DNA of 63,665 nt from a virus. Lineage: Duplodnaviria > Caudoviricetes. The DNA is taken from positions 1-63,665 of IMG/VR virus record IMGVR_UViG_3300032296_000732. One strand, written 5' to 3'. The notes below the pieces were generated by a model, which worked only from the letters and a program-made list of their open reading frames with translations, did no database searches and was not told where the DNA came from. How positions within the stretch are numbered: position 1 is the stretch's first letter; every line of letters starts with the position of its first letter. A program made the position numbers and the translations under genes. Shown here one piece after another: positions 41,717-50,421 of this stretch.

Positions 41717-43840
41717 ATGCCATTATCAAAAATCCTGTTTAGACCCGGAGTCAACAAAGAAAATACCCGCTATACCACTGAGGGCGGCTGGTTTGATTGC
41801 GACAAGATTCGTTTTCGTCAGGGCAACCCCGAAAAGATTGGGGGCTGGACGCCCTACGCCTCAACCACGTTTCAGGGCGTGTGCCGCTCATTGTGGAACT
41901 GGGCTACGCTTGTAGGGGATAACTTGGTCGGTGTGGGCACCAACTTGAAGTTCTACATTCTTCGAGGCAACGACTATTACGACATCACCCCAATCCGCAA
42001 AACCGTCACGCTAACCAATCCTTTTACGGCCACGAACGGGTCGAATATTCTGACGATTAACGAAGTGGACCACGGCTGCGTGGATGGAGATTTTGTAAAT
42101 TACAGCGGTGCGGGTATTGTAGGACTTGGCGGCAACATCACTGCGGCTGTGCTGAAGAACACGTTTCAGATTACCTATGTCAACGACGATGTGTACACCA
42201 TTACTGTTGGCGCAACGGCCAACGCAACAGACGTTGCTGGTTCTCCCGGTGGTGGTTCGGTAGTCACCCAGTACGAAACCAATACTGGCCCCGCTGCGCA
42301 AGTGCCGCTGGTCGGTTGGGGTGCTGGGCCTTGGGGGCTGGGTACTTGGGGTAACGGGCAAATAACATCTACATCGCTTCAGTTGTGGAGCCAAAAGAAC
42401 TTTGGAGAAGACCTAATCTACGGGCCTCGTGGCCAAGGCGTGTACTACTGGAGTGCCAACGTAGGTGTCTCCCCCATCCAAATTACCATCTCGATTGCCG
42501 CGCCCGGTGTGATCACACTACCTGCGGGTTTCTCATTCCCAGACGGTACGGTCATCACGTTTACCTCTACGGGCGCTTTACCCACTGGGCTGACTGTTGG
42601 GCAGGTGTATTTTGTAGTGAACTCCACGGGGGGCACATTCAACGTGTCCACAACCATCAATGGCCCCGCCGTCACCACCTCGGGCGGGCAGTCAGGGTTG
42701 CAGTTTATATCACAGCGCGGAGTTGACTTGGCGGATGCCGGGGATGCGGATACGCCCCTGTTCCAAAACGTCATCCAAGTTTCTGACGTGTCCCGGTTTG
42801 TGCTGTGCATGGGCACCAACGACTACGGCCAGACGTTCCTCGACCCCATGCTGATCCGCTGGTCTGACCAAGAAGACCCGTTCACATGGACCCCCGCTGC
42901 CACCAACCAAGCAGGTAGCATCCGTTTGTCGCACGGCTCAGAAATCATCACAGCGGTGCAAGCGCGTCAAGAGATTGTGGTTTTTACGGACACGGCTCTG
43001 TACTCATTGCAATATGTTGGACCGCCTTTTGTGTGGTCCACTCAACTGCTTGGTGACAACGTGTCTATTGTTGGTCCTAATGCGGCCATGATTGCATCCG
43101 GTGTCATTTACTGGATGGGTGTGGACAAATTCTACAAATATGATGGTCGTGTTCAAACTCTAAACTGCGACTTACGCCGCCATGTGTTCAGCGACTTCAA
43201 TACCTTGCAGTCCCAGCAGGTGTACTGCGGCACCAACGAGGGCTTTAACGAGGTCTGGTGGTTCTACTGCTCCAAGGACAGCGATGTGGTGGACAAGTAT
43301 GTGATCTACAACTACATCGAGAATGTCTGGTACTACGGCACTATGGGGCGCACGGCTTGGCTGGACTCTGGGCTGCTGGCTTTCCCAATCGCTGCAACGT
43401 ACGATTCTGAAATTGTGCAGCACGAAGATGGTGTGGATGCCTACGCGCTTGGCAACATAACGGCGCTCCCGGCGTATATTGCGTCATCTGAGTTTGACAT
43501 CGGTGACGGGCACAACTTTGGCTTTGTCTGGCGGGTGCTGCCTGACCTGACGTTTCAGGGGTCCTCTCCTGTAGCCGGGGTGTCAGGGTCCGGTATTCCC
43601 GAACCCAAGGTGGATATGACCTTGCTCCCCCTGCAAAACTCAGGATCAGGGGTAAGTGGGACGGCGTCTGGCGCGGTAACGCGGAAAGCTACGTATGCCA
43701 TCACGGAACAATTTACTGGGCAGATTTACACGCGGGTGCGTGGGCGGCAGATGATTTTCCAAATTTCTTCGTCCCAAATTGGGACCACGTGGCAGCTCGG
43801 TGCGCCGCGAATTGACATCAGACCTGACGGGAGGAGATGA
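41717..43840 (+). CDS. tail tubular protein B / nozzle (P22 gp10-like) protein
   Basis: 707 aa; IRWSDQED..W, VYWMG..FY.YDG.V, EVWWFY; position before the ejection proteins. Confidence 0.7.
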   Translation: MPLSKILFRPGVNKENTRYTTEGGWFDCDKIRFRQGNPEKIGGWTPYASTTFQGVCRSLWNWATLVGDNLVGVGTNLKFYILRGNDYYDITPIRKTVTLTNPFTATNGSNILTINEVDHGCVDGDFVNYSGAGIVGLGGNITAAVLKNTFQITYVNDDVYTITVGATANATDVAGSPGGGSVVTQYETNTGPAAQVPLVGWGAGPWGLGTWGNGQITSTSLQLWSQKNFGEDLIYGPRGQGVYYWSANVGVSPIQITISIAAPGVITLPAGFSFPDGTVITFTSTGALPTGLTVGQVYFVVNSTGGTFNVSTTINGPAVTTSGGQSGLQFISQRGVDLADAGDADTPLFQNVIQVSDVSRFVLCMGTNDYGQTFLDPMLIRWSDQEDPFTWTPAATNQAGSIRLSHGSEIITAVQARQEIVVFTDTALYSLQYVGPPFVWSTQLLGDNVSIVGPNAAMIASGVIYWMGVDKFYKYDGRVQTLNCDLRRHVFSDFNTLQSQQVYCGTNEGFNEVWWFYCSKDSDVVDKYVIYNYIENVWYYGTMGRTAWLDSGLLAFPIAATYDSEIVQHEDGVDAYALGNITALPAYIASSEFDIGDGHNFGFVWRVLPDLTFQGSSPVAGVSGSGIPEPKVDMTLLPLQNSGSGVSGTASGAVTRKATYAITEQFTGQIYTRVRGRQMIFQISSSQIGTTWQLGAPRIDIRPDGRR

Positions 43841-43843
43841 CCG

Positions 43844-44239
43844 ATGGGAATGCTTCAAAACCAACCGGCTCCTAACCTACCGCTGGCACCCAACGAATAT
43901 GATGCAGTGTACATGTCGCAGTTGGCCAACGTGCTGCGCTTGTACTTTAACCAGATTAACGCTGTACAACGGCTGAATCTGGCCGGGCTAAATTTAGACT
44001 TGGGCACCCTGCCCACCGATGCAAATTACGACAGCCTACGTTTAGGTGATGTGTACAGAGATACACAGGGCGGCACGCTCCAAACGGGCACAAACGTGCT
44101 GCGTATTAAAGTGCCTATTGGGCTGTTTGGGGTACAAGGTTCTGGAGCGGTAGGCAGTGTTGGGCCTGTTGGGGGCACAATTACTCGAAATCTAACTGGT
44201 GTTTCTGGGTCCGGTGCAGTTGGCACAGTGACCCCTTAA
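43844..44239 (+). CDS. virion protein
   Basis: PNLPLAP.EY...LRLYFNQI; C-terminal GAVG repeats. Confidence 0.6.
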   Translation: MGMLQNQPAPNLPLAPNEYDAVYMSQLANVLRLYFNQINAVQRLNLAGLNLDLGTLPTDANYDSLRLGDVYRDTQGGTLQTGTNVLRIKVPIGLFGVQGSGAVGSVGPVGGTITRNLTGVSGSGAVGTVTP

Positions 44240-44271
44240 CACTAAAATGCAACATACTTGAGGAGATCACT

Positions 44272-45258
44272 ATGGCAATGGGCGGAGTTGGTGAAGCGAT
44301 GCTGCTTGGCGCGGCAATGGGTGGTGGCTCTGCTGCTTTGACTGGTGGCGATCCTCTTAAAGGTGCTCTCCTCGGAGGCTTGACTGGCGGGGTTGGTTCA
44401 GGCATCAGTGGTGCTTTGAGTGGCGCTGGCGCGGTTGGTACTGAGGCGGCTTTGGCTACTGCGGGCACTGAGCTTGGTACGCAAGCGGCTACGCAAGCGG
44501 CTGTCCCAACGGCAGCGGTATCAGCCCCTTCCATGATGGGTGGCCAGACAGCAACGCAACAGTTCATGGGTTCAATGAATCCAGCCACAGCAGGTGGTGC
44601 TGCGCTTCCGGGCAACATGGGCACAATCGCACCGGGTGTTGGTAGTTTTGCCCCCACAGGCGGTATCTCAAATCTACCTGCAACCGGCGGCACGTTCAGT
44701 GAGGGTATGGCACGGTTTGCCGGTGACCCAATGGCCTCGATAATGAGCAACAAGGGCCTTGCTGCTGGTTCGGCTTTAGCTGGAATGCGGGGCGGCATGG
44801 AAGGTCCTGAAGACCCAGAAGAATACAACGGCCCTTTGAAGCGTTTTCGGTTTAGTCCTGAGACGTACCGCGCTGCCCCATTTGCCGAAGGTGGTATCAC
44901 TACTTTGGCCTCTGGTGGGTATGACCGTATGGTTGGTGAAGAGCCGATGTACCCATCTAATATGGCCTCTGGCGGTATCTCTAGTCTGGGCAGCTACTCC
45001 GATGGTGGCCGCATGCTCAAAGGTCCCGGTGACGGAATGAGCGACAGCATCCCCGGCGTTATTGGTGGCAAGCGCCCTGCGCGTCTGGCCGATGGTGAGT
45101 TTGTGGTGCCTGCTGATGTAGTGTCTCATCTGGGCAACGGGTCTACCGATGCTGGTGCAAAACAACTTTACTCAATGATGGACAAGGTTCGCAAAGCCCG
45201 TACAGGTAGTAAGAAGCAAGGTCGCGAAATCAACCCACGTAAATACGCTCTGGCGTAA
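44272..45258 (+). CDS. putative internal/ejection protein
   Basis: Gly/Ala-rich N-terminus; GPGDGMSDSIP...LADGEFVVPADVVSHLGNGS. Confidence 0.6.
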   Translation: MAMGGVGEAMLLGAAMGGGSAALTGGDPLKGALLGGLTGGVGSGISGALSGAGAVGTEAALATAGTELGTQAATQAAVPTAAVSAPSMMGGQTATQQFMGSMNPATAGGAALPGNMGTIAPGVGSFAPTGGISNLPATGGTFSEGMARFAGDPMASIMSNKGLAAGSALAGMRGGMEGPEDPEEYNGPLKRFRFSPETYRAAPFAEGGITTLASGGYDRMVGEEPMYPSNMASGGISSLGSYSDGGRMLKGPGDGMSDSIPGVIGGKRPARLADGEFVVPADVVSHLGNGSTDAGAKQLYSMMDKVRKARTGSKKQGREINPRKYALA

Positions 45259-45267
45259 GGAGCGCAT

Positions 45268-46365
45268 ATGCTGATTCCAAACAAACATAACGGCTATTCC
45301 TTTGATGGCATCCGTCTCTATCCGGCTGGTGGGGGCGGCGACGGGGGTGGTAGTGGCGATAGCGGTGGTGGGGGCGGCGGTGGCGACGGTGGGGGCGGCG
45401 GTGGCCCAAATGATTTTTATCCAGTTCCTAATACTCGTGGCGGTAGTAATTTTGTTGCGCCTGTTGCACCGACTCTTGACCCAACCAGACAAACGCAATT
45501 AAACGACATACTGCGCTCTGCTGCTGGGCAACCTTGGGGCCAATCTGGTGGGCAGTACAACAACGCGCTTACGCAAGGGTTTACCAGTAACCAAATCCGA
45601 GACTTTGCGGGGCAGATGTATGGAGCGCCTTCCAACGAGAACTTTAACCAACTGGTGACCCACGCTGGTATGACCTCGCCTACTGGCAGACCAATAGCGG
45701 GGTCTGCTCAGTTTTACCAACCTATCCAACAGCAGCAGTACCAGAACTACGCCAACCCATACACAGCGTTTAATGTAAGCACATATGGCACACAGCCTAT
45801 GATGTCTACCGCTGCGCAATACCAAGCAAACACTGGTGGCAATCAACAAAACGTCTCCAACAGCATCAATAACTTTGTACGGCAGAACCCTAACGCCGAT
45901 ATGAACTCCATGCTGGCTGCTATGCGTGGGGATATAAACGCGTATGACGTGCAGACTGCTGGGGGTTTCAACAACTACGCCCCCCGAATGCCTTCGCCCC
46001 AGATGCAGCAATCATTTAATCCATTTACCAACAATTTTGGCGGGGGGTTTGGTGGTGGGTTCATGCCCCAAATGCAAACCCCGTTTCGCCAGCCTATCAA
46101 CAATTTTGGTGGGTTTGGTGGTGGGTTTATGCCCCAACAACAGTTTACGCCGCAGATGCAACAGTTTCAACCTCAGATGAATATGGGCATGCAGACGCCC
46201 TTTAGTTCCGGGATGTCGCAGCCAGTGCAACGACCACAACCCGCTGCACCACGTTCGTCAGGCCCAGCACAGCCAATTATTTCCCGGTCTGCGGGTATGC
46301 GCGGTACACCCAACGTGATGCGCCGTGCTGAAGGTGGGATTACTTCTCTGATGGATAAAGCATGA
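45268..46365 (+). CDS. Gly/Gln/Asn-rich low-complexity putative virion protein
   Basis: Poly-Gly, FGGGFMPQ repeats; RBS AAGGAG. Confidence 0.6.
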   Translation: MLIPNKHNGYSFDGIRLYPAGGGGDGGGSGDSGGGGGGGDGGGGGGPNDFYPVPNTRGGSNFVAPVAPTLDPTRQTQLNDILRSAAGQPWGQSGGQYNNALTQGFTSNQIRDFAGQMYGAPSNENFNQLVTHAGMTSPTGRPIAGSAQFYQPIQQQQYQNYANPYTAFNVSTYGTQPMMSTAAQYQANTGGNQQNVSNSINNFVRQNPNADMNSMLAAMRGDINAYDVQTAGGFNNYAPRMPSPQMQQSFNPFTNNFGGGFGGGFMPQMQTPFRQPINNFGGFGGGFMPQQQFTPQMQQFQPQMNMGMQTPFSSGMSQPVQRPQPAAPRSSGPAQPIISRSAGMRGTPNVMRRAEGGITSLMDKA

Positions 46366-46793
46366 GCCTGACGGTTCGCTCAGTTGACGTTAACCATGTC
46401 CATCAGGTATGGCCTATGGTGCAGGGCTACGTGCAAGAGGCGCTCGATAAGGGCGGGGACTTTCCTGAGTGGGCGAATGGGTACAACATCCACCACGTGC
46501 AGCAGTTTGTCTCCAGTGGCCAGTGGCTTTTGCTTGTCGCAGCGGACGAGGACAACGTAGTACATGGGGCAATGACGGTCTCGTTTATGACCTATCCCTT
46601 GCATCGTGTGGCGTTTGTGACCACTACAGGTGGTAAATTCATTGCAAACCCAGAGCTTTTGGAGCAGCTAAAAGCCTTGGTAAAACTTCATGGCGCGACT
46701 AAGATACAGGCATTCTGCCGAGAGTCTATGGTTCGTCTTTTGGCACGTGCCGGTTTTGAGCCGCGCAACACACTAGTGGAAACACTGGTCTAA
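46362..46793 (+). CDS. GNAT-fold-like podovirus protein
   Basis: VWPMV...WLLLV...GATKIQAFCR...AGF; position among ejection genes. Confidence 0.5.
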   Translation: MSLTVRSVDVNHVHQVWPMVQGYVQEALDKGGDFPEWANGYNIHHVQQFVSSGQWLLLVAADEDNVVHGAMTVSFMTYPLHRVAFVTTTGGKFIANPELLEQLKALVKLHGATKIQAFCRESMVRLLARAGFEPRNTLVETLV

Positions 46794-46803
46794 GGAGAAT
46801 ATT

Positions 46804-49086
46804 ATGAGTGGTGGCGGCGGACCTTCTAGTACAACAGTTACTCAGTCAAACATTCCTGATTGGCTGCGCCCTCAAGTTGAGCAGGTGCTTGGCGGAGCGA
46901 CTAAAGAACTGTTTCAAACAACACAAACTGGTGTTGATGCCGATGGCAAACCCATCTATGACATCACGGGTACTAAGCCATTCACGCCTTACAGCTCTGA
47001 TCCGTCTAAATACGTAGCGGGGTTTAGCCCCTTGCAACAGCAAGTTCAGTACAACGCTGCCAACTTGCAGATGCCCGGCCAATACAACCAAGCCACAGGT
47101 CTTGCAAATGCTGCTGGTATGGGCGGCATGCAGTCCGCACAACAGGCTCTTGGCTATGGACAAGCTGGGTTTCAGTCCGGCCAGCAGGGTCAGCAACTGG
47201 GGCAGCAAGCAGCGTTCAACGCGGCTATGGGCGCTAACCGGGCTACGCAAGGCGCGTATGGTTATGGCGACATGGGGGCGCAAGCCGGGTTCCGTGGGGA
47301 AAATATTGGCGCGGGGGCTGCGCAAGACGCACTTGGCCGTGCAAATATGGCTACGGGTATGGCGCAGCAAGCCGGTATGCAGGGGCAACAATCCGGGCTA
47401 ATGGGTCAAGACATTGGCGTTCAAGGCGGAGCGCAGTTTGGAAACATGGGCGCTCAAGCGGGCTTGCAGGGGCAACAATCTGGGCTGCTGGGCCAAGACA
47501 TTGGTATTCAAGGTGGTGCGCAGTTTGGTGGGATGGGCGCTGGGTACGGTGCGGATGCCGCTGCTCTAGCAGGGCAAGCTCAAGGCTATGGTGGGATGGG
47601 GGCTGGGTACGGGCAGCAAGCCGCTCAGTTAGCAAACACTGCTTTAGGTTATGGCGACCTGTCTTCACAGATTGGGCGTATGGGCTTGGATGCCCAACAA
47701 ACCGGACGTGGCATCACCGGGCAGTCGCAAAGTTTGGCAGAGCGTCAAGCCGCTGCTGGGCAAGACTATGCCCGACAAATGACCGATCCGTACGCGCTTC
47801 AGCAGTACATGTCGCCGTATCAGCAATCGGTGACGGACTTGCAAGTTGAAGCTGCTCGTCGTCAAGCGGATATCTCTCGTACCCAGCGTGGTAGTCAAGC
47901 TGCCCGTGCTGGTGCTTTTGGTGGTGCCCGTCAAGCTATTGAAAACGCCGAGGCCGAGCGCGGCCTTCAGTCACAACTTGCCGCTATTCAGGCGCAGGGT
48001 TCTCAGTCTGCCTACGACAAAGCTGTTCAGGCTATGCAGTACGGCTCCAACCTTGGGTTGCAGGGCTTGAGCGGCGCTCAGTCTGGTCTAGGCACTGCCT
48101 TGCAAGGTGGGCAACTTGGTTTGTCGGGAATTGGCCAAGCTCTGGCTGGACAGCAAGCCGCACTGCAAGGTGTGGGGCAGGCCGGGTCTATGTACGGTCT
48201 CGGTATGCAAGGAGCGCAGTCGGGGCTGGCGGGGCTTAACGCCGCGAACCAAGCCTATCAAACTGGCATTCAAGGTGCGGGCATGGGCTTGCAGGGCGTC
48301 AACGCTCAGTTGGCTGGCACTGCCCAAGGTATGCAAGGCGCTCAGGCAGCTATGCAAGGTGCGGGTATAGGTTTGCAGGGTGTGGATCGCCAACTGGCGG
48401 GTACTGCGCAAGGTATGCAAGGCGCACAAATTGGTCTTTCTGCGGCGGATCGTGCGATTGCCGCTGGTCAGCTTGCACAACAAGGAGCCAACACAGGGTT
48501 AGCGGGTACTGCTCAGGCAATACAAGGGGCCAACACAGGTCTTGCAGGTATTGGTCAAGCCATCAACGCTGGTCAATACGGCCTACAAGGAGCGGATCGT
48601 GGGTTGGCTGGCACTGCTCAGGGTATGCAAGGCGCTCAAGTTGGACTGCAAGGTGTTGGCGCACAACAAGCGGGTTACGGCCTTGCTAATCAGTCTGCAA
48701 ATGCCCTCGGTACTTTGGGTGGCCAGCAGCTCGCTGCGCAGACTGGCATCCTCAACTTGCAGAACCAGATCGGTGGCCAGCAGCAGTCTCAACAGCAGCA
48801 GATGATTAATCAAGCCATCCAGAACTTTGCAAACGCACAGCAGCAACCTCTGAACAACCTGAACCAGTACAACGCCTTGTTGCGTGGCTACGCGCTGCCG
48901 GGGCAAACTACAACTCAGTATCAGGCACAGGCAAATCCTTTGAATCAGATCACAGGCGCTGGCGCAACACTGCTTGCAGCAAATAACTTGACTAGAGGCG
49001 CAGCTGGTGGCCTGCCAAAACATTTTAAAAAGGTCAAGCGCAGTGGGCTGCATACACTGGCTTTACGTAATGCACTGAGAGGTTAA
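46804..49086 (+). CDS. DNA ejection protein with long Gly/Gln/Ala repeats
   Basis: MSGGGG..TT start, YMSPYQQ, AGAFGGAR; repeated LAGTAQGMQGAQ. Confidence 0.65.
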   Translation: MSGGGGPSSTTVTQSNIPDWLRPQVEQVLGGATKELFQTTQTGVDADGKPIYDITGTKPFTPYSSDPSKYVAGFSPLQQQVQYNAANLQMPGQYNQATGLANAAGMGGMQSAQQALGYGQAGFQSGQQGQQLGQQAAFNAAMGANRATQGAYGYGDMGAQAGFRGENIGAGAAQDALGRANMATGMAQQAGMQGQQSGLMGQDIGVQGGAQFGNMGAQAGLQGQQSGLLGQDIGIQGGAQFGGMGAGYGADAAALAGQAQGYGGMGAGYGQQAAQLANTALGYGDLSSQIGRMGLDAQQTGRGITGQSQSLAERQAAAGQDYARQMTDPYALQQYMSPYQQSVTDLQVEAARRQADISRTQRGSQAARAGAFGGARQAIENAEAERGLQSQLAAIQAQGSQSAYDKAVQAMQYGSNLGLQGLSGAQSGLGTALQGGQLGLSGIGQALAGQQAALQGVGQAGSMYGLGMQGAQSGLAGLNAANQAYQTGIQGAGMGLQGVNAQLAGTAQGMQGAQAAMQGAGIGLQGVDRQLAGTAQGMQGAQIGLSAADRAIAAGQLAQQGANTGLAGTAQAIQGANTGLAGIGQAINAGQYGLQGADRGLAGTAQGMQGAQVGLQGVGAQQAGYGLANQSANALGTLGGQQLAAQTGILNLQNQIGGQQQSQQQQMINQAIQNFANAQQQPLNNLNQYNALLRGYALPGQTTTQYQAQANPLNQITGAGATLLAANNLTRGAAGGLPKHFKKVKRSGLHTLALRNALRG

Positions 49087-49088
49087 TC

Positions 49089-50420
49089 ATGAGCATCGCT
49101 CAAAGCATCCTAGCTAACCCCGAGAAATACTCGCTGGAACAACTGACGCAGGGCGTTGAAAACGGCGTGATACCGGCGTACATCGGCGTGCCAATCATCC
49201 AAGAGATGTTGCAAAAGCAGTCTCAAGCTGCTGCCATGGGTGGTCAGCAGATGCCGCCCGTCATGGATCAAGTGATGGCTCAGGCTGCACAGGGTCTGGA
49301 GACGCTGCCGTCTAATTTGCCTGAAAGCTACGCTGGTGGCGGCATCATTGCGTTCTCTCCCGGCGGCTCGACTAGTTTGACGCCTGCCGAAGTTGAAGCA
49401 GAACTTGAGCGGGCATCCCGTGAAGCAAATCAAGCGCAGACAGACCCAAGCAGGTTTTCAAATTTACGATCTTTTGTGGATGAGTACAGAAGCCTCATGC
49501 CGGAAAAGGACCCAAGAATAGCTGCCTACGAGGCGTCTATTATGAAGTCGCCTGAGCAGTTGGATGCCCGTAAAAAGCAAGACATGAATTTGGCACTTGC
49601 TCAGTTTGGTTTGAATCTTATGGGGTCAAAGTCACGCACGTTGGCGGGCGGTATTGGCGAGGCAGGCGCTCAGGCCATGCCTTCAGTACAGGCTGCAATG
49701 CTCTCGCGCAGAACAGCAGAGGACGCGGCGCTTAAAGCTCAGGCCGATTTGGCAAGAGGCGAGAGGGCCGAAGGCATTGCCGCACTTCAAGGCGGTTTGG
49801 GTCTTTACGGTAAAGCAGAAGACCGGATATCAGAAGAGCTTAGAGCCAAGCTGCAACGCGAGGCTGCATTGATTACGGGCAATAAGCCGACCGACATGGT
49901 TAACTATGTCAACACTTTTGTCCGTAATGCGCAGGCAGACCCAGACAACAAAAAGTCGGCAGATGCTTTGGCGCTGGAGGGGTATCAGAAGTACTTCACC
50001 GAGGGTCCAAGGCTTCCCGGTCAGGCGCTTGCGGTTCAACAAGGTATCGCAGGTGGGGCGCAGGCCGTTCAAGCGGCAGGACAAGACGTTACTCGTGAAG
50101 GTCAAGCGGCAACACTGAGAAGCAATGCAATCAAACAGTTCAATGATTTGAAACTGACTGATCCTATCAAGCGTGAATATGGCAGACTTGCAGCCGAAGA
50201 CAAAAAGAACAAGGCAGCTGGAAACCCGACCACCCTAGCAGATCAATACAGACAAAGAGAGATTGATAAAATGGCAGCGCCTCCGGCTTCAAGTGCTCCG
50301 GCAGCCGGACAACCTCAACTTCCACCGGGCGTTCCACCGGGGTCAACTTATGGTAAAAAAGTGGCCGGGAAAGGGACGGAAGTTATTTACAACGGTAAAG
50401 TAATTGGATACGCCAATTGA
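49089..50420 (+). CDS. putative ejection protein
   Basis: Helical, YAGGGIIAF; lies between the ejection protein and the giant gene. Confidence 0.6.
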   Translation: MSIAQSILANPEKYSLEQLTQGVENGVIPAYIGVPIIQEMLQKQSQAAAMGGQQMPPVMDQVMAQAAQGLETLPSNLPESYAGGGIIAFSPGGSTSLTPAEVEAELERASREANQAQTDPSRFSNLRSFVDEYRSLMPEKDPRIAAYEASIMKSPEQLDARKKQDMNLALAQFGLNLMGSKSRTLAGGIGEAGAQAMPSVQAAMLSRRTAEDAALKAQADLARGERAEGIAALQGGLGLYGKAEDRISEELRAKLQREAALITGNKPTDMVNYVNTFVRNAQADPDNKKSADALALEGYQKYFTEGPRLPGQALAVQQGIAGGAQAVQAAGQDVTREGQAATLRSNAIKQFNDLKLTDPIKREYGRLAAEDKKNKAAGNPTTLADQYRQREIDKMAAPPASSAPAAGQPQLPPGVPPGSTYGKKVAGKGTEVIYNGKVIGYAN

Positions 50421-50421
50421 T

